From the NCBI GenBank assembly GCA_965204755.1, contig OZ242011.1, positions 1,856,001 through 1,920,000 of the forward strand: 64,000 nucleotides of DNA. The letters are read 5' to 3'. The notes beneath the pieces are model-generated. The model searched no databases. It was not told where the DNA came from and saw only the letters and a program-made list of their open reading frames with translations. The translations under genes and the position numbers were made by a program. Position 1 is the first letter of the stretch, and each line of letters opens with the position of its first letter. This DNA comes from Candidatus Marinacidobacterium sp. (lineage in GTDB: Bacteria; Acidobacteriota; Vicinamibacteria; Marinacidobacterales; Marinacidobacteraceae). Below, one piece after another: positions 9,688-18,402 of the stretch.

Positions 9688-10266
9688 ATGGACTCCGAAG
9701 CCGGCCGCGCGCGCTCCACGAACGCGCTCGCCACCAACCCGGTCCCGCCCGGCGCGGAACGCCCGCGCTCGTCGGCGCCGGCCGCCGAAACGGAAACGCC
9801 CGGGACGGAAACGGAGGAAAACGAAAGGGCCGAATCGGAGGACCGGCTCGTGAGGGAAGCCGTCACCGGGGGCATGGTGGTCGTGTTCCTCATCGTCGGC
9901 GGACTGGGGGCCTACTGGTTCTGGAGCGATCCGTCTTCGCCCAACCTGATCTGGACGGCCATATGGGAGGTGCTTTGGCCTTGGGGTCTGCTGGCGGCCC
10001 TCGCGGGCGGTCTCCTGCAGGGGACGCGCTGTGCTCTCCGTATCCGTCGGGAGTCCGAAGACGGCCCCGTAGAAACCGGGGAGGCGTTCGCCCTGGCCGC
10101 CTTCGCCATGTGGGGCGTCGTGCGCGGCTTCCTCAAGGAAACGAAGGAAGACGGCCAATCTCTCGCCAAGGTCCTGGTGGTCCTCGCCGCCATCGTGTTG
10201 CTGCTCCTCGTCTTCGCGCCCTCGGCGCTCGAAGACATCAAACGCTGGCTCGAAAGCCATCTCTGA
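9688..10266 (+). CDS. membrane protein, hypothetical
   Basis: about four hydrophobic segments; follows the ankyrin gene by 16 bp. Confidence 0.65.
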   Translation: MDSEAGRARSTNALATNPVPPGAERPRSSAPAAETETPGTETEENERAESEDRLVREAVTGGMVVVFLIVGGLGAYWFWSDPSSPNLIWTAIWEVLWPWGLLAALAGGLLQGTRCALRIRRESEDGPVETGEAFALAAFAMWGVVRGFLKETKEDGQSLAKVLVVLAAIVLLLLVFAPSALEDIKRWLESHL

Positions 10267-10420
10267 AACATCCCGCCCCGGACCGAATGACCCGGCCTCC
10301 ACGCCTCCCCGACTTCGACTTCGGCGGCCACCCTGGGAACCCGCGCGGCGCGCTGCCGGTCCGCCACCCGCGGCGAACGAACGCCGCCCACCCACCTCGC
10401 TTCGGCGAAGGAGAGATTCG

Positions 10421-11158
10421 ATGCTCGATTCCATAAAGGCCGACATAGAGTCCGAGAAGTCCAACCGCGCCGGGCTGCTGTCCGCGCTGGGACTCCTGCT
10501 CGTCGCCGGGCTCGTGATCTACGGGTGGCAACAGCGCGAGGAGAACAACCTCGCCCGAATCACCCGGGAGAACGAGGAGTGGGAACGGCGCGTCCGCGCC
10601 GAAGAGACTCGGCAGATCCAAGCGCGCGCGAATGCCTGGAGAGGTGTCCGGGCGGCCAATGCCCGGTGGAACGAGTTGTTCCCGTGGATGGAACGGACGA
10701 CCGAACTCCGCCAGCGAGTCCTGGCCGGGGCGGCGGGCGTGGATTGGCTGCTCAGCGACAGCAACCCGCTCGATCCGTTCGGCCTCGCTCTCGGCGCGGG
10801 CGCCATCGAGATGACCAGCCGCGTGTTCGCCCAGGCGCAGGCGCAGATCCAGTTGAAGTGGCCCGAAGTCGTCGAGGTCCTGGTCGAGATGGACGAGGCC
10901 GCGGGAGCCATGTTGCGGGCCGATGCCGCGTTACCCGGTGATGAAGCAGCCGTGGCCGCCTTCGAACGCGCCAAGGAGGTGGCCTCCCGATGGGCGGATG
11001 ACGCCAACTTGATGCAGCAGGTAGCGGCCCAGGACTTCTTCAGCGCCGGCGCGTCGGCCGCCCGTCTCAACGAGACCACTGCCGAACTCATGGCGGCGCT
11101 CGGAGAGTTGATGCCCACCCCGACGCCGTCGAACACCGGCCCCCTCACTCAGCCATGA
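10421..11158 (+). CDS. membrane-anchored helical/coiled-coil protein, hypothetical
   Basis: AAGGAG RBS; one N-terminal TM followed by E/R/A-rich helices. Confidence 0.65.
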   Translation: MLDSIKADIESEKSNRAGLLSALGLLLVAGLVIYGWQQREENNLARITRENEEWERRVRAEETRQIQARANAWRGVRAANARWNELFPWMERTTELRQRVLAGAAGVDWLLSDSNPLDPFGLALGAGAIEMTSRVFAQAQAQIQLKWPEVVEVLVEMDEAAGAMLRADAALPGDEAAVAAFERAKEVASRWADDANLMQQVAAQDFFSAGASAARLNETTAELMAALGELMPTPTPSNTGPLTQP

Positions 11159-11511
11159 CCGCCCTCCCACCCGGTCGGCGAAACGGCGCCGCCGCCTCGA
11201 CGCTCCTCTACCCGGCGACGGCGATGGCGCTCGGCGCCGCCGCCTGCATGGACGCCAGCGGCGGCGACGATCCGCTCCGGATACTCATCGGGCTCGGAGG
11301 CCCCCTCGCCACCTTGGGACTCGTGTTCCAACGCAACGCGACGATGGTGGGGATCCTCCTGGCGCTGTTCATCTGGCCGCTCGGCCTCCTCCATGCGCTG
11401 ACGAAGAGGGACCGGAGGGAAGGGGAAGACCGGGGCATCGCGAGCCGGAAGTCCGGCCGTCCCGCCGCCGCGAACCGGAAACCGCCCGCAACGACCCGGG
11501 CAACGACCTGA
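11155..11511 (+). CDS. small membrane protein (paralog of 11693..11995)
   Basis: ATGA coupling to the previous gene; LGAAAC..LIGLGG..FIWPLGLLHALTK. Confidence 0.7.
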   Translation: MTALPPGRRNGAAASTLLYPATAMALGAAACMDASGGDDPLRILIGLGGPLATLGLVFQRNATMVGILLALFIWPLGLLHALTKRDRREGEDRGIASRKSGRPAAANRKPPATTRATT

Positions 11512-11595
11512 CCCTCCATCCCCGAGCCGAAGCGCCGACCGATACCGGACGGACACCTCGCGGATCGGTTCAGCGGAGCGATCCGTCGCCCCTTC

Positions 11596-11629
11596 TGCGA
11601 CCGGATTCGGCGCAGGTCCGCCCTACCGT
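11596..11629 (+). promoter_or_regulatory. putative WYL-regulator box + -10 (copy 4)
   Basis: TGCGAC-CGGATTC-GGCG, 11 nt, TACCGT. Confidence 0.6.
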
Positions 11630-11692
11630 CGCGGTTCCCGAAGGCGGGACGATTCGTCCCGACCCGACGACTCGACAGAAAGGAAATCCGCC

Positions 11693-11995
11693 ATGACCAC
11701 CGCGCCCACCCGAAGGCGCCGCCGCCGGCCCGCTTCGTTCTTCGTCGGCGCCGCGCTCGCGCTGTCTCTCGGCGCCGCCTGCGCGGGATCCGGCAACCCC
11801 GGCACGGACCTCCTCTTCATGCTCATCGGCGTCGGCGGCGCCATCGGAACCATCATGCTCGCGTCGCGCCGCGGCGTGATGACCACGGGAGTCGTCGTGC
11901 TGACCTTCGTCTTCTGGCCGGCCGCCCTCATCCATGTCCTGACGAAAGAGCGCGATCCAGAGAAGTTGGACATCGGGCCTTCGAGCAGCGACTGA
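11693..11995 (+). CDS. small membrane protein (paralog of 11155..11511)
   Basis: AAAGGA RBS; LGAAC..LIGVGG..FVFWPAALIHVLTK. Confidence 0.7.
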   Translation: MTTAPTRRRRRRPASFFVGAALALSLGAACAGSGNPGTDLLFMLIGVGGAIGTIMLASRRGVMTTGVVVLTFVFWPAALIHVLTKERDPEKLDIGPSSSD

Positions 11996-12084
11996 CCCTC
12001 CGCCTCGCGTGCGAAGCCGGGCGGATACGACGATAGCGCGGGGAGGCCGCCGCCCGAATCATCGAATCGATCCGTCGCTCCAAA

Positions 12085-12118
12085 TGCGACCGGATCTGGC
12101 GCAACGGCGCCCTAGTCT
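12085..12118 (+). promoter_or_regulatory. putative WYL-regulator box + -10 (copy 5)
   Basis: TGCGAC-CGGATCT-GGCG, 11 nt, TAGTCT; shares upstream GATCCGTCGC with copy 4. Confidence 0.6.
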
Positions 12119-12184
12119 CCCTCGCCTACCGGATACCTGACCGGACCGAAATACGGATCTGGACATAGAAGAAAGGATACGAAC

Positions 12185-13135
12185 ATGGATCGTCGCAACT
12201 TCCTGAAACTCGGCGGCGCCGCCGGCGCGGTCGCCGCCGCGCCCGACGCCGCGGCCCGAACGACCGACCCCCCAAGCCTCGGATTCCACGCCGACCGCCG
12301 CGCCCTGCTCGCGGAACTGGCGCTCGTCGAGTTGCTGCTCGCGCAGGAGCGCCGGCCCTCCCCCGACGAACCGCCCCACCCGGAAGTCACGCTCTCCCCC
12401 GGCGCGTTCGGCTGCCGGATCTTCGCCGCCGCCGCGGACACCCGCTTCCACACCACGGTCGAGGCCGAGTGCGCCGGCGCCGGCGCCGTGACCGTCCCGC
12501 TGCCCGACCTCCGGCGCCGGCTCTCCGCCGGCAGCGGCGAAACCGTCACCGTTCGCGCGTTCGAGTCGGCGGACCGGATCGAAGCCGAATGCGGCGGCCC
12601 CGCCACCCGCATCCCCGCCCGACCCGCCGACTTCCCCGAACCCGACGCCCCGCCGCCCTCGGCGTTCACCGTCCCGGCCGACCCCCTGGCCCAATACCTC
12701 CGCTTCGTCTCGCGCGAGCGCTACGGCGTCCACCGCCCCGGCCCGCCCCGAATCCCCGACCCGGAAGCGCGGGAGCACTTCGCCCGCGAAGCGAGCCGCT
12801 CCCGCCCGACGGTGTATCCGTTCCCGGCCAACGCCGCGGTCGTCCCGCTGTGGGGAAACCCAGCCGGAAGGCGCGCCGCGCGGGGCGTCCGCAAGGACGA
12901 AATCGTCACGCTCCGCCTCGAAACCCTGATCCAGGCGTTGGCGCTCGAAGGAACCCTCGAGCGCCGCGCCCGCCTCCGCCAGGACGGGATCCGCATCTTC
13001 GTCGAGTGCGGAAAGCGCCTGCTCGCGTCCTCCACCTGCGCGCCGGGCGCCTCGGCCTCGACCACCATCGAACACCTGGCCTTCATCCGCTCCGGCCCCG
13101 ACCGGCTCGTCATCGGCGCGGAGTCCCCCGCCTGA
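12185..13135 (+). CDS. protein with twin-arginine motif and degenerate beta-clamp (DnaN domain I)-like region
   Basis: MDRRNFLKLGG; AADTRFHTTVEAECAGAGAVTVPLPDL..RIPARPADFPE..FTVPADPL resembles the DnaN N-terminal pattern; AAAGGA RBS. Confidence 0.55.
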   Translation: MDRRNFLKLGGAAGAVAAAPDAAARTTDPPSLGFHADRRALLAELALVELLLAQERRPSPDEPPHPEVTLSPGAFGCRIFAAAADTRFHTTVEAECAGAGAVTVPLPDLRRRLSAGSGETVTVRAFESADRIEAECGGPATRIPARPADFPEPDAPPPSAFTVPADPLAQYLRFVSRERYGVHRPGPPRIPDPEAREHFAREASRSRPTVYPFPANAAVVPLWGNPAGRRAARGVRKDEIVTLRLETLIQALALEGTLERRARLRQDGIRIFVECGKRLLASSTCAPGASASTTIEHLAFIRSGPDRLVIGAESPA

Positions 13136-13161
13136 CCGTCGCCCCTCACGCCTCCCCGGAC

Positions 13162-14625
13162 ATGCCCGACGAAACCGCCCCGCTCCCCCACGACCGCGCC
13201 GCCGAACTCGCGGTCCTCGGAGCGGTCCTGCTCGACCGCCGCCAGTTGGACGCCGTCCGCCAGGTCCTCGCCCCGGCCGACTTCCACGACGCCCGCCACC
13301 GCTGGATCTTCGACGCCGTCTGCTCGCTGGACACGGAGAACGAACCCATAGATGTCGTCACCCTCCGCTCCCGCCTGGCTCGGGACGGCCGGCTCGAAAC
13401 CGTCGGCGGCCCCGCCTTCCTCTCCGAACTCTTCGACGGCCTGGCGCTCTCCACGAACGCCGGCGACTACGCCCGCATCGTGCGCGGCCATTCCCTCTCC
13501 CGCCGCCTCCACCGCTACGGCAGCCGCATCGCCGCCGACGCCCCCCGCCGCGATCCCGCCGCCCTCCTCGAAGACGCCGAACGGACGCTCTTCTCCATCG
13601 CCGAAGGCCTCCAGACCAACGCCCCCGTCCCCGTCGGCGAAACCACCGACGCCCTCGCGGAGGAAGCGCAGGAATACCGGAAAGCGCTCCCCGGCATCGA
13701 AACCGGCCTGCCCGAACTCGACCGCCTCATGGGCGGACTGCGCCCGTCCGACCTCGTCCTGCTCGGCGCCCGCCCGGGAGAGGGCAAGACCAGCCTCGCC
13801 CTCAATGTCACGCTCGACGCCGCGCTCCGCGGCGCCCGCGTGCTCGTGTTCAGTCTGGAGATGTCGCTGCGGCAGATCGGCATCCGCCTGCTCTTCTCCC
13901 ACGCCCGGGTGGACGCCCGCCCGCTCTCCGAGCGCGGCGCCTATTCCGCGGACGACCGCCGCAAGATCCGAAACGCGGCCGACTCGCTCCGTCCCCTCCC
14001 GATCCGCGTGGACGACTCCCCGGTGACCCCGGTCGAACTCCGCTCGAAGGCCCGCCAACTCCGCCGCGACCCGGGCCTCGACCTGATCGTGGTGGACTAC
14101 CTCCAACTCATGCGCGCGAGCGACGACGGCCGCCGGCGCTTCGAGAACCGCAACCTGGAGATCGCCGACATCAGCCGCTCGCTGAAACTCCTGGCGAAGG
14201 AACTCGATGTCCCGGTCCTCGCGCTGTCCCAGTTGAGCCGCGCCCCCGAACAACGCGACGCCGCCGCCCCCCGCCTCTCCGACCTCCGCGAGTCCGGCTC
14301 CCTCGAACAGGACGCCGACATCGTCCTGTTCCTCCACCGCGAACGCCGCCCCGCCCCCCGCGCCCCCGAAAACGGCGCGTCCGCCGACCCCGGCCCGCCC
14401 ACCCGCCGCGTAACCGTCGCCAAGAACCGCAACGGCCCCACCGGCTCCGTCCAACTCGCCTGGCTCGACCGCTTCACCCGCTTCGCCTCCATCGCCGAAC
14501 TCGACGCCGACGCGGTGCCCGACGGTAAGGACGAATGGGAAGCCGAAGAGCCTCGGGAGCCCGCCGCCCCGGCCCAGTCCCGGACGGAAGCACCCCACGA
14601 TTCGGCCGCGGATGTGGGCTTCTGA
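13162..14625 (+). CDS. dnaB: replicative DNA helicase DnaB (probably an accessory copy)
   Basis: AELAVLGAVL, GARPGEGKT, FSLEMS, IVVDYLQLM, LSQLSR, DLRESGSLEQDAD, KNRNGPTG. Confidence 0.93.
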   Translation: MPDETAPLPHDRAAELAVLGAVLLDRRQLDAVRQVLAPADFHDARHRWIFDAVCSLDTENEPIDVVTLRSRLARDGRLETVGGPAFLSELFDGLALSTNAGDYARIVRGHSLSRRLHRYGSRIAADAPRRDPAALLEDAERTLFSIAEGLQTNAPVPVGETTDALAEEAQEYRKALPGIETGLPELDRLMGGLRPSDLVLLGARPGEGKTSLALNVTLDAALRGARVLVFSLEMSLRQIGIRLLFSHARVDARPLSERGAYSADDRRKIRNAADSLRPLPIRVDDSPVTPVELRSKARQLRRDPGLDLIVVDYLQLMRASDDGRRRFENRNLEIADISRSLKLLAKELDVPVLALSQLSRAPEQRDAAAPRLSDLRESGSLEQDADIVLFLHRERRPAPRAPENGASADPGPPTRRVTVAKNRNGPTGSVQLAWLDRFTRFASIAELDADAVPDGKDEWEAEEPREPAAPAQSRTEAPHDSAADVGF

Positions 14626-14824
14626 TGCGCCGTCGCTCACGGGCCGGTTTTAGCGCGACTACCACGGATTCCCTGAACCTCGATCCAAGTCTCGCCCGCA
14701 GCACTTCGCTCGCCCATGTGTCGCTTGAGGGCGAGCCCCAGCATTCTCCCATGGCCCACAGGAGCCTCTCGAACGGAGAAAGCGGGAACGGACTCACACG
14801 ATCCCGCGCCCCAACTCGAATCCA

Positions 14825-15148
14825 ATGAAACATCTATCCAACTACCTCGAAATGGTTGACGACTTGGTCAGTCAAGCCAAAGAGTTGTGCGTTACTCGAT
14901 GGCTGCTGCTCCTCTTCGTCCTCATTAACCTCGACCTACCCTTCAGCACACTCCCTTTCAGCAAACCCATCGTGGATCTTGAGTGGACGGACCTCCCGAT
15001 AGTTCTCGGTGGGTGGATCGCGTGGGGAGCAGTAGTCCTTTGGAGGAGAAAGGTCGCAGAACGGAAAGTTCGCGCGAAGCACTGGGTCGTAATTGCCGAC
15101 TTGGATAGACGGCTCGACCAGCGCCTCAACGGTTCCGATTCGAAATGA
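14825..15148 (+). CDS. small two-TM membrane protein, hypothetical
   Basis: lower-GC ORF with two hydrophobic segments; ATGA overlap with the next gene. Confidence 0.55.
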   Translation: MKHLSNYLEMVDDLVSQAKELCVTRWLLLLFVLINLDLPFSTLPFSKPIVDLEWTDLPIVLGGWIAWGAVVLWRRKVAERKVRAKHWVVIADLDRRLDQRLNGSDSK

Positions 15149-16113
15149 CGGCATCGCCAACCCACCCTGACGCTGCGACAGAGGCCACTCATCGCCTCCT
15201 CCGCGATGCCCTGACCGCCTCCGACCTTGATCCGGACATGCCGTCGCCGGAGGGCTCGTCCGAACTCCACCTCCTTCCCCAAGTCCTACCCCATCTCCAA
15301 CTGCTACCCGGCCTGATTCCCAAAATGATCGCCAACGGCGAGGACATCGAGGCTACTGATCGAGCGGGACGCACTCCGCTTCACTACGCGGTCCAGTACG
15401 GTAGGAACGCGGATTTGGTCAAGGCCCTGCTGGCCGCCGGCGCAGACCCCGGGGCTCGCGACGAGAACCGCCAGACACCGCTCCATCGCGCAGCCGCTTT
15501 CAGCGACAGCGCGGATGTCTTGGAGGCACTCCTGGAGGCCGGCGCGGCTTGCCACGCCCGTGACGCACGGAAGCGAACACCCCTCCACCTCGCCGCCCGC
15601 GAGGGTCGCTCCGCGGCCGTTACCGCCCTGCTCGCCGCTGGTGCAGACATCGAAGCCCGTGACGAGGACGGCGCCACGCCGTTCCATCTGGCCGTCGCCC
15701 GGAACGACGACGCCGAAGTCGTAGCCGCGTTGGAGTCTGCCGGAGAGATCAAGAACGATCGTGATGAATGGGGTCGTGCACCGATGGATTACTGTCGGAG
15801 CGAGCAAACCTATGCGGCAGGAGCACTGGGTGTGCGTCCGGGTGAAGAAGAAGGCGTCGACTTCGTTGCATTCCGTCTCGCACGATGGATGACGAGGACA
15901 TGGGGCAAGGTTCGAGATCTTCCCTTGTTGGTGGTCGTGGTAACTGCGGTCACCCTGTCGATCTTCCTGTTGATCTATTGGCCTGTTTCTTGGTTGACCT
16001 ACTGGCTGATCGAGGATCGTCTCTGGCGGCACAATGTGAACGGCATCGTCCCCGGGCTCGTCATGTTGTGGATCTGCTGGCGTGGGCGCCGTTGGTTCGT
16101 GAAAGAAGGATGA
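15145..16113 (+). CDS. ankyrin-repeat protein with C-terminal TM segments
   Basis: four TPLH/TPFH ankyrin repeats, two hydrophobic C-terminal segments. Confidence 0.88.
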   Translation: MTASPTHPDAATEATHRLLRDALTASDLDPDMPSPEGSSELHLLPQVLPHLQLLPGLIPKMIANGEDIEATDRAGRTPLHYAVQYGRNADLVKALLAAGADPGARDENRQTPLHRAAAFSDSADVLEALLEAGAACHARDARKRTPLHLAAREGRSAAVTALLAAGADIEARDEDGATPFHLAVARNDDAEVVAALESAGEIKNDRDEWGRAPMDYCRSEQTYAAGALGVRPGEEEGVDFVAFRLARWMTRTWGKVRDLPLLVVVVTAVTLSIFLLIYWPVSWLTYWLIEDRLWRHNVNGIVPGLVMLWICWRGRRWFVKEG

Positions 16114-16283
16114 CCAAGACTACGAGATCCACCCGGCCCTCTGGCGATCCAGAGGGCGAAGTCGCCGCCCGGTGTCTTTCGGACGCGCCAGCCTCAGCAC
16201 GACTGGGCCTGACCACTCGAGACGAGGACGGGAACACTTGTCTCCATCTGGTGCCGGTCGGACCTGCTCGCCTTGTGGAGTAG
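16110..16283 (+). pseudogene. truncated ankyrin gene interrupted by an IS remnant
   Basis: ATGA-coupled ORF containing RDEDGNTCLHL, ending at the IS481 fragment. Confidence 0.45.
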
Positions 16284-16284
16284 G

Positions 16285-16497
16285 CCCGGGTCGGCCGCTG
16301 CGACGGAATACGCCGGGGTCTCGATCCGGACGCTCTACCGGTGGCGGGCGGCGTACCGGCAGCGGGGTGCGGCGAGGCTGTCACCGGTCTCGCCATGCCA
16401 CATCAGACCGGGCGGCGGACGATGCCCGGCGCCTCCGGGCGGAGCGCCCCGCTTTGGGGAAGCGGAAGGTCCATCCGCTCCTTCTCTGGTTCGGTTA
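16285..16497 (+). mobile_element. IS481-family transposase remnant (5' fragment)
   Basis: AGVSIRTLYRWRAAYR HTH and frameshifted LRAERPALGKRKVHPLLL, homologous to the 17427 region. Confidence 0.65.
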
Positions 16498-16556
16498 GAG
16501 TAGGCATACGGACGACAGAGAGATCGATTCGTGCCAACTGACGAAGGAGTTCTCAA

Positions 16557-17276
16557 ATGATCTGGAGGGAAGACTTTACGCGGCTCCACATCGCGGCCGC
16601 GGTCAACGAAGAGGGCGTAGCCGCGCTCGTCGCAGCGGGTGAAGATGTCAATGCCCGCACCAAAGACGGCATTACGCCGCTCCATCTCGCCGCGATAGGG
16701 GGCGAGAACGAGGCCCTGACGACTCTGATATCCGCCGGCGCGAAAGTGAATGTCCGTGGCGGCGCCGAAGGCTGGACGCCGCTCCATGTCGCGGCCAACG
16801 GCAAGTCCGAAGGGATACTGGCGTTGGTCGCGGCGGGTGCGGATGTCGACGCCCGCGACAAGACGAAGCGAACGCCGCTCCATGTCGCGGCCGCGTTCAA
16901 CCGCGCGAAATCTGTAGCCGCGCTGATCGGATCCGGTAGCGACCCCGGTGCCAGAGCCAGATTCGGACTTACACCGCTGCATTTCGCTGCCCGTCACAAC
17001 TCGCGCGCCAAAGTCGTGACCGCGCTCATCGCCGCGGGCGCAGACATCAACGCCGTAGCCAACAGCGGCGAGACTCCTCTCCAGTGCGCGGAGATCAAGG
17101 GGAATTCGAAGATGGTGTCTGCTCTGCTGGCGGCAGGCGCGGATACCGAAGCCGGCGTCAAGCACCGATCGTCCTTCCACAGCGCGTGGAGAGTTGCTGC
17201 GACGGCCATCGTGTCTCGATTGCCCGTCTGGATGATCGTAATCGGTCTATTGGCGGTATGGATCTTCGCCTGCTGA
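16557..17276 (+). CDS. ankyrin-repeat protein with C-terminal TM anchor
   Basis: AAGGAG RBS; about six ankyrin repeats; hydrophobic C-terminus. Confidence 0.9.
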   Translation: MIWREDFTRLHIAAAVNEEGVAALVAAGEDVNARTKDGITPLHLAAIGGENEALTTLISAGAKVNVRGGAEGWTPLHVAANGKSEGILALVAAGADVDARDKTKRTPLHVAAAFNRAKSVAALIGSGSDPGARARFGLTPLHFAARHNSRAKVVTALIAAGADINAVANSGETPLQCAEIKGNSKMVSALLAAGADTEAGVKHRSSFHSAWRVAATAIVSRLPVWMIVIGLLAVWIFAC

Positions 17277-17344
17277 GTTGCCGCCTGCTCCCTGAGTCCG
17301 GAGGGACGATTCGGCGGCGCGAACTCCTCCTCCGCCTTCCGCAC

Positions 17345-18285
17345 TACTTGGCGTAGACGGGGCTCGGAGCTTCGGCCGGTCTCGCGGCGTCCGCACCGGA
17401 CGCGGAAGCGGGAGTGGCCGAAGGCGGTGACGGAGGAGATCCGTCGCCTTCGGACGGAGCGCCCGAACCTGGGGAAGCGGAAGATCCATCCGCTCCTGCT
17501 CCGGTTCTGCGAGCGGCGGGGGCTGCGCTGCTCGGCGGTGATCACCATCGGCCGGCTGATCGCTGACGCCGGGGGGCTGCGCGCAGTTCCGCCACGCCCG
17601 GTCAACCGGGGCCGGCGCAAGCGCCCGCGACCCCCGAAGCCGCGCAAGCCCAAGGGCTTCCGGGCGCGGCGCGCCGGGGAGGTGCCGGCGGTGGACACCG
17701 TGATCGCGGTGTGCGACGGGGTGCGGCGTACCGGTTCGCCTGCCTCGACCTGCGCAGCCGGTTCGGCTTGGCGGTGGCCACGCCGGGGATGTCCTCCCGC
17801 TGGGCCCGGGACTTCGCCGACTTCGCCTTTGACCGGTTCCCCGCCCCGGTGGACCGGGTGCTCTCCGACAACGGCTCGGAGTACGAAGGGCGTTTTGCGG
17901 ACCTGTTGAAGGCGCGCGGGATCGCACGCTACTACACCTACCCGAAGACGCCGAAGATGAACGCCCACGCGGAGCGGTTCAACCGCACCGTCTAGGAGGA
18001 GTTCCTCCACTACCGCGAGGACCTGCTCTGGGGGAGGAGGCGAACCTCACCCTGCTGAACCGGAAGCTGGGGAAGTGGCTGCTCTGGTACAATGGGGAGC
18101 GCCCGCACGAGGCTCTGGGCCAGCGGACCCCGATCGCCGTCCTCGCGCGGGAGCGCTCGATGCTTGACCACCTCTCCCGACCGTCGCCGCCCCGAGTCGC
18201 AGAACCGGTGAAACCCCCTCCCCACCGCCCGACCAGTCGAGTTCTGTCGTCAATGAAGAAATGCCAACCCACTAGGGCCCACACA
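17345..18285 (+). mobile_element. IS481-family transposase pseudogene
   Basis: VDT..., LSDNGSEY, PKTPKMNAHAERFNRTV, YNGERPH motifs across frameshifts and an internal stop; ends ...ACA. Confidence 0.8.
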
Positions 18286-18402
18286 TGTGCTTGACCGGTG
18301 CCATCTCTCGCCCATAGAGTCCTGCTCCGTGGTCCCTCGGTCGAATGCCACCGTCGCACTTCGGCGCCCGCAAGCCGCCATCGTGCGCTCCGGGGACGCT
18401 TG

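Noticed and set aside
12185-14625. Intact prophage or chromosomal origin region
   Set aside because: No structural, terminase or integrase genes, no dnaA/gyrB, and no DnaA-box cluster seen.
16299-16316. TGCGAC-GGAATAC-GCCG resembling the WYL box
   Set aside because: It lies within the IS481 transposase HTH coding remnant and the right half-site is poor.
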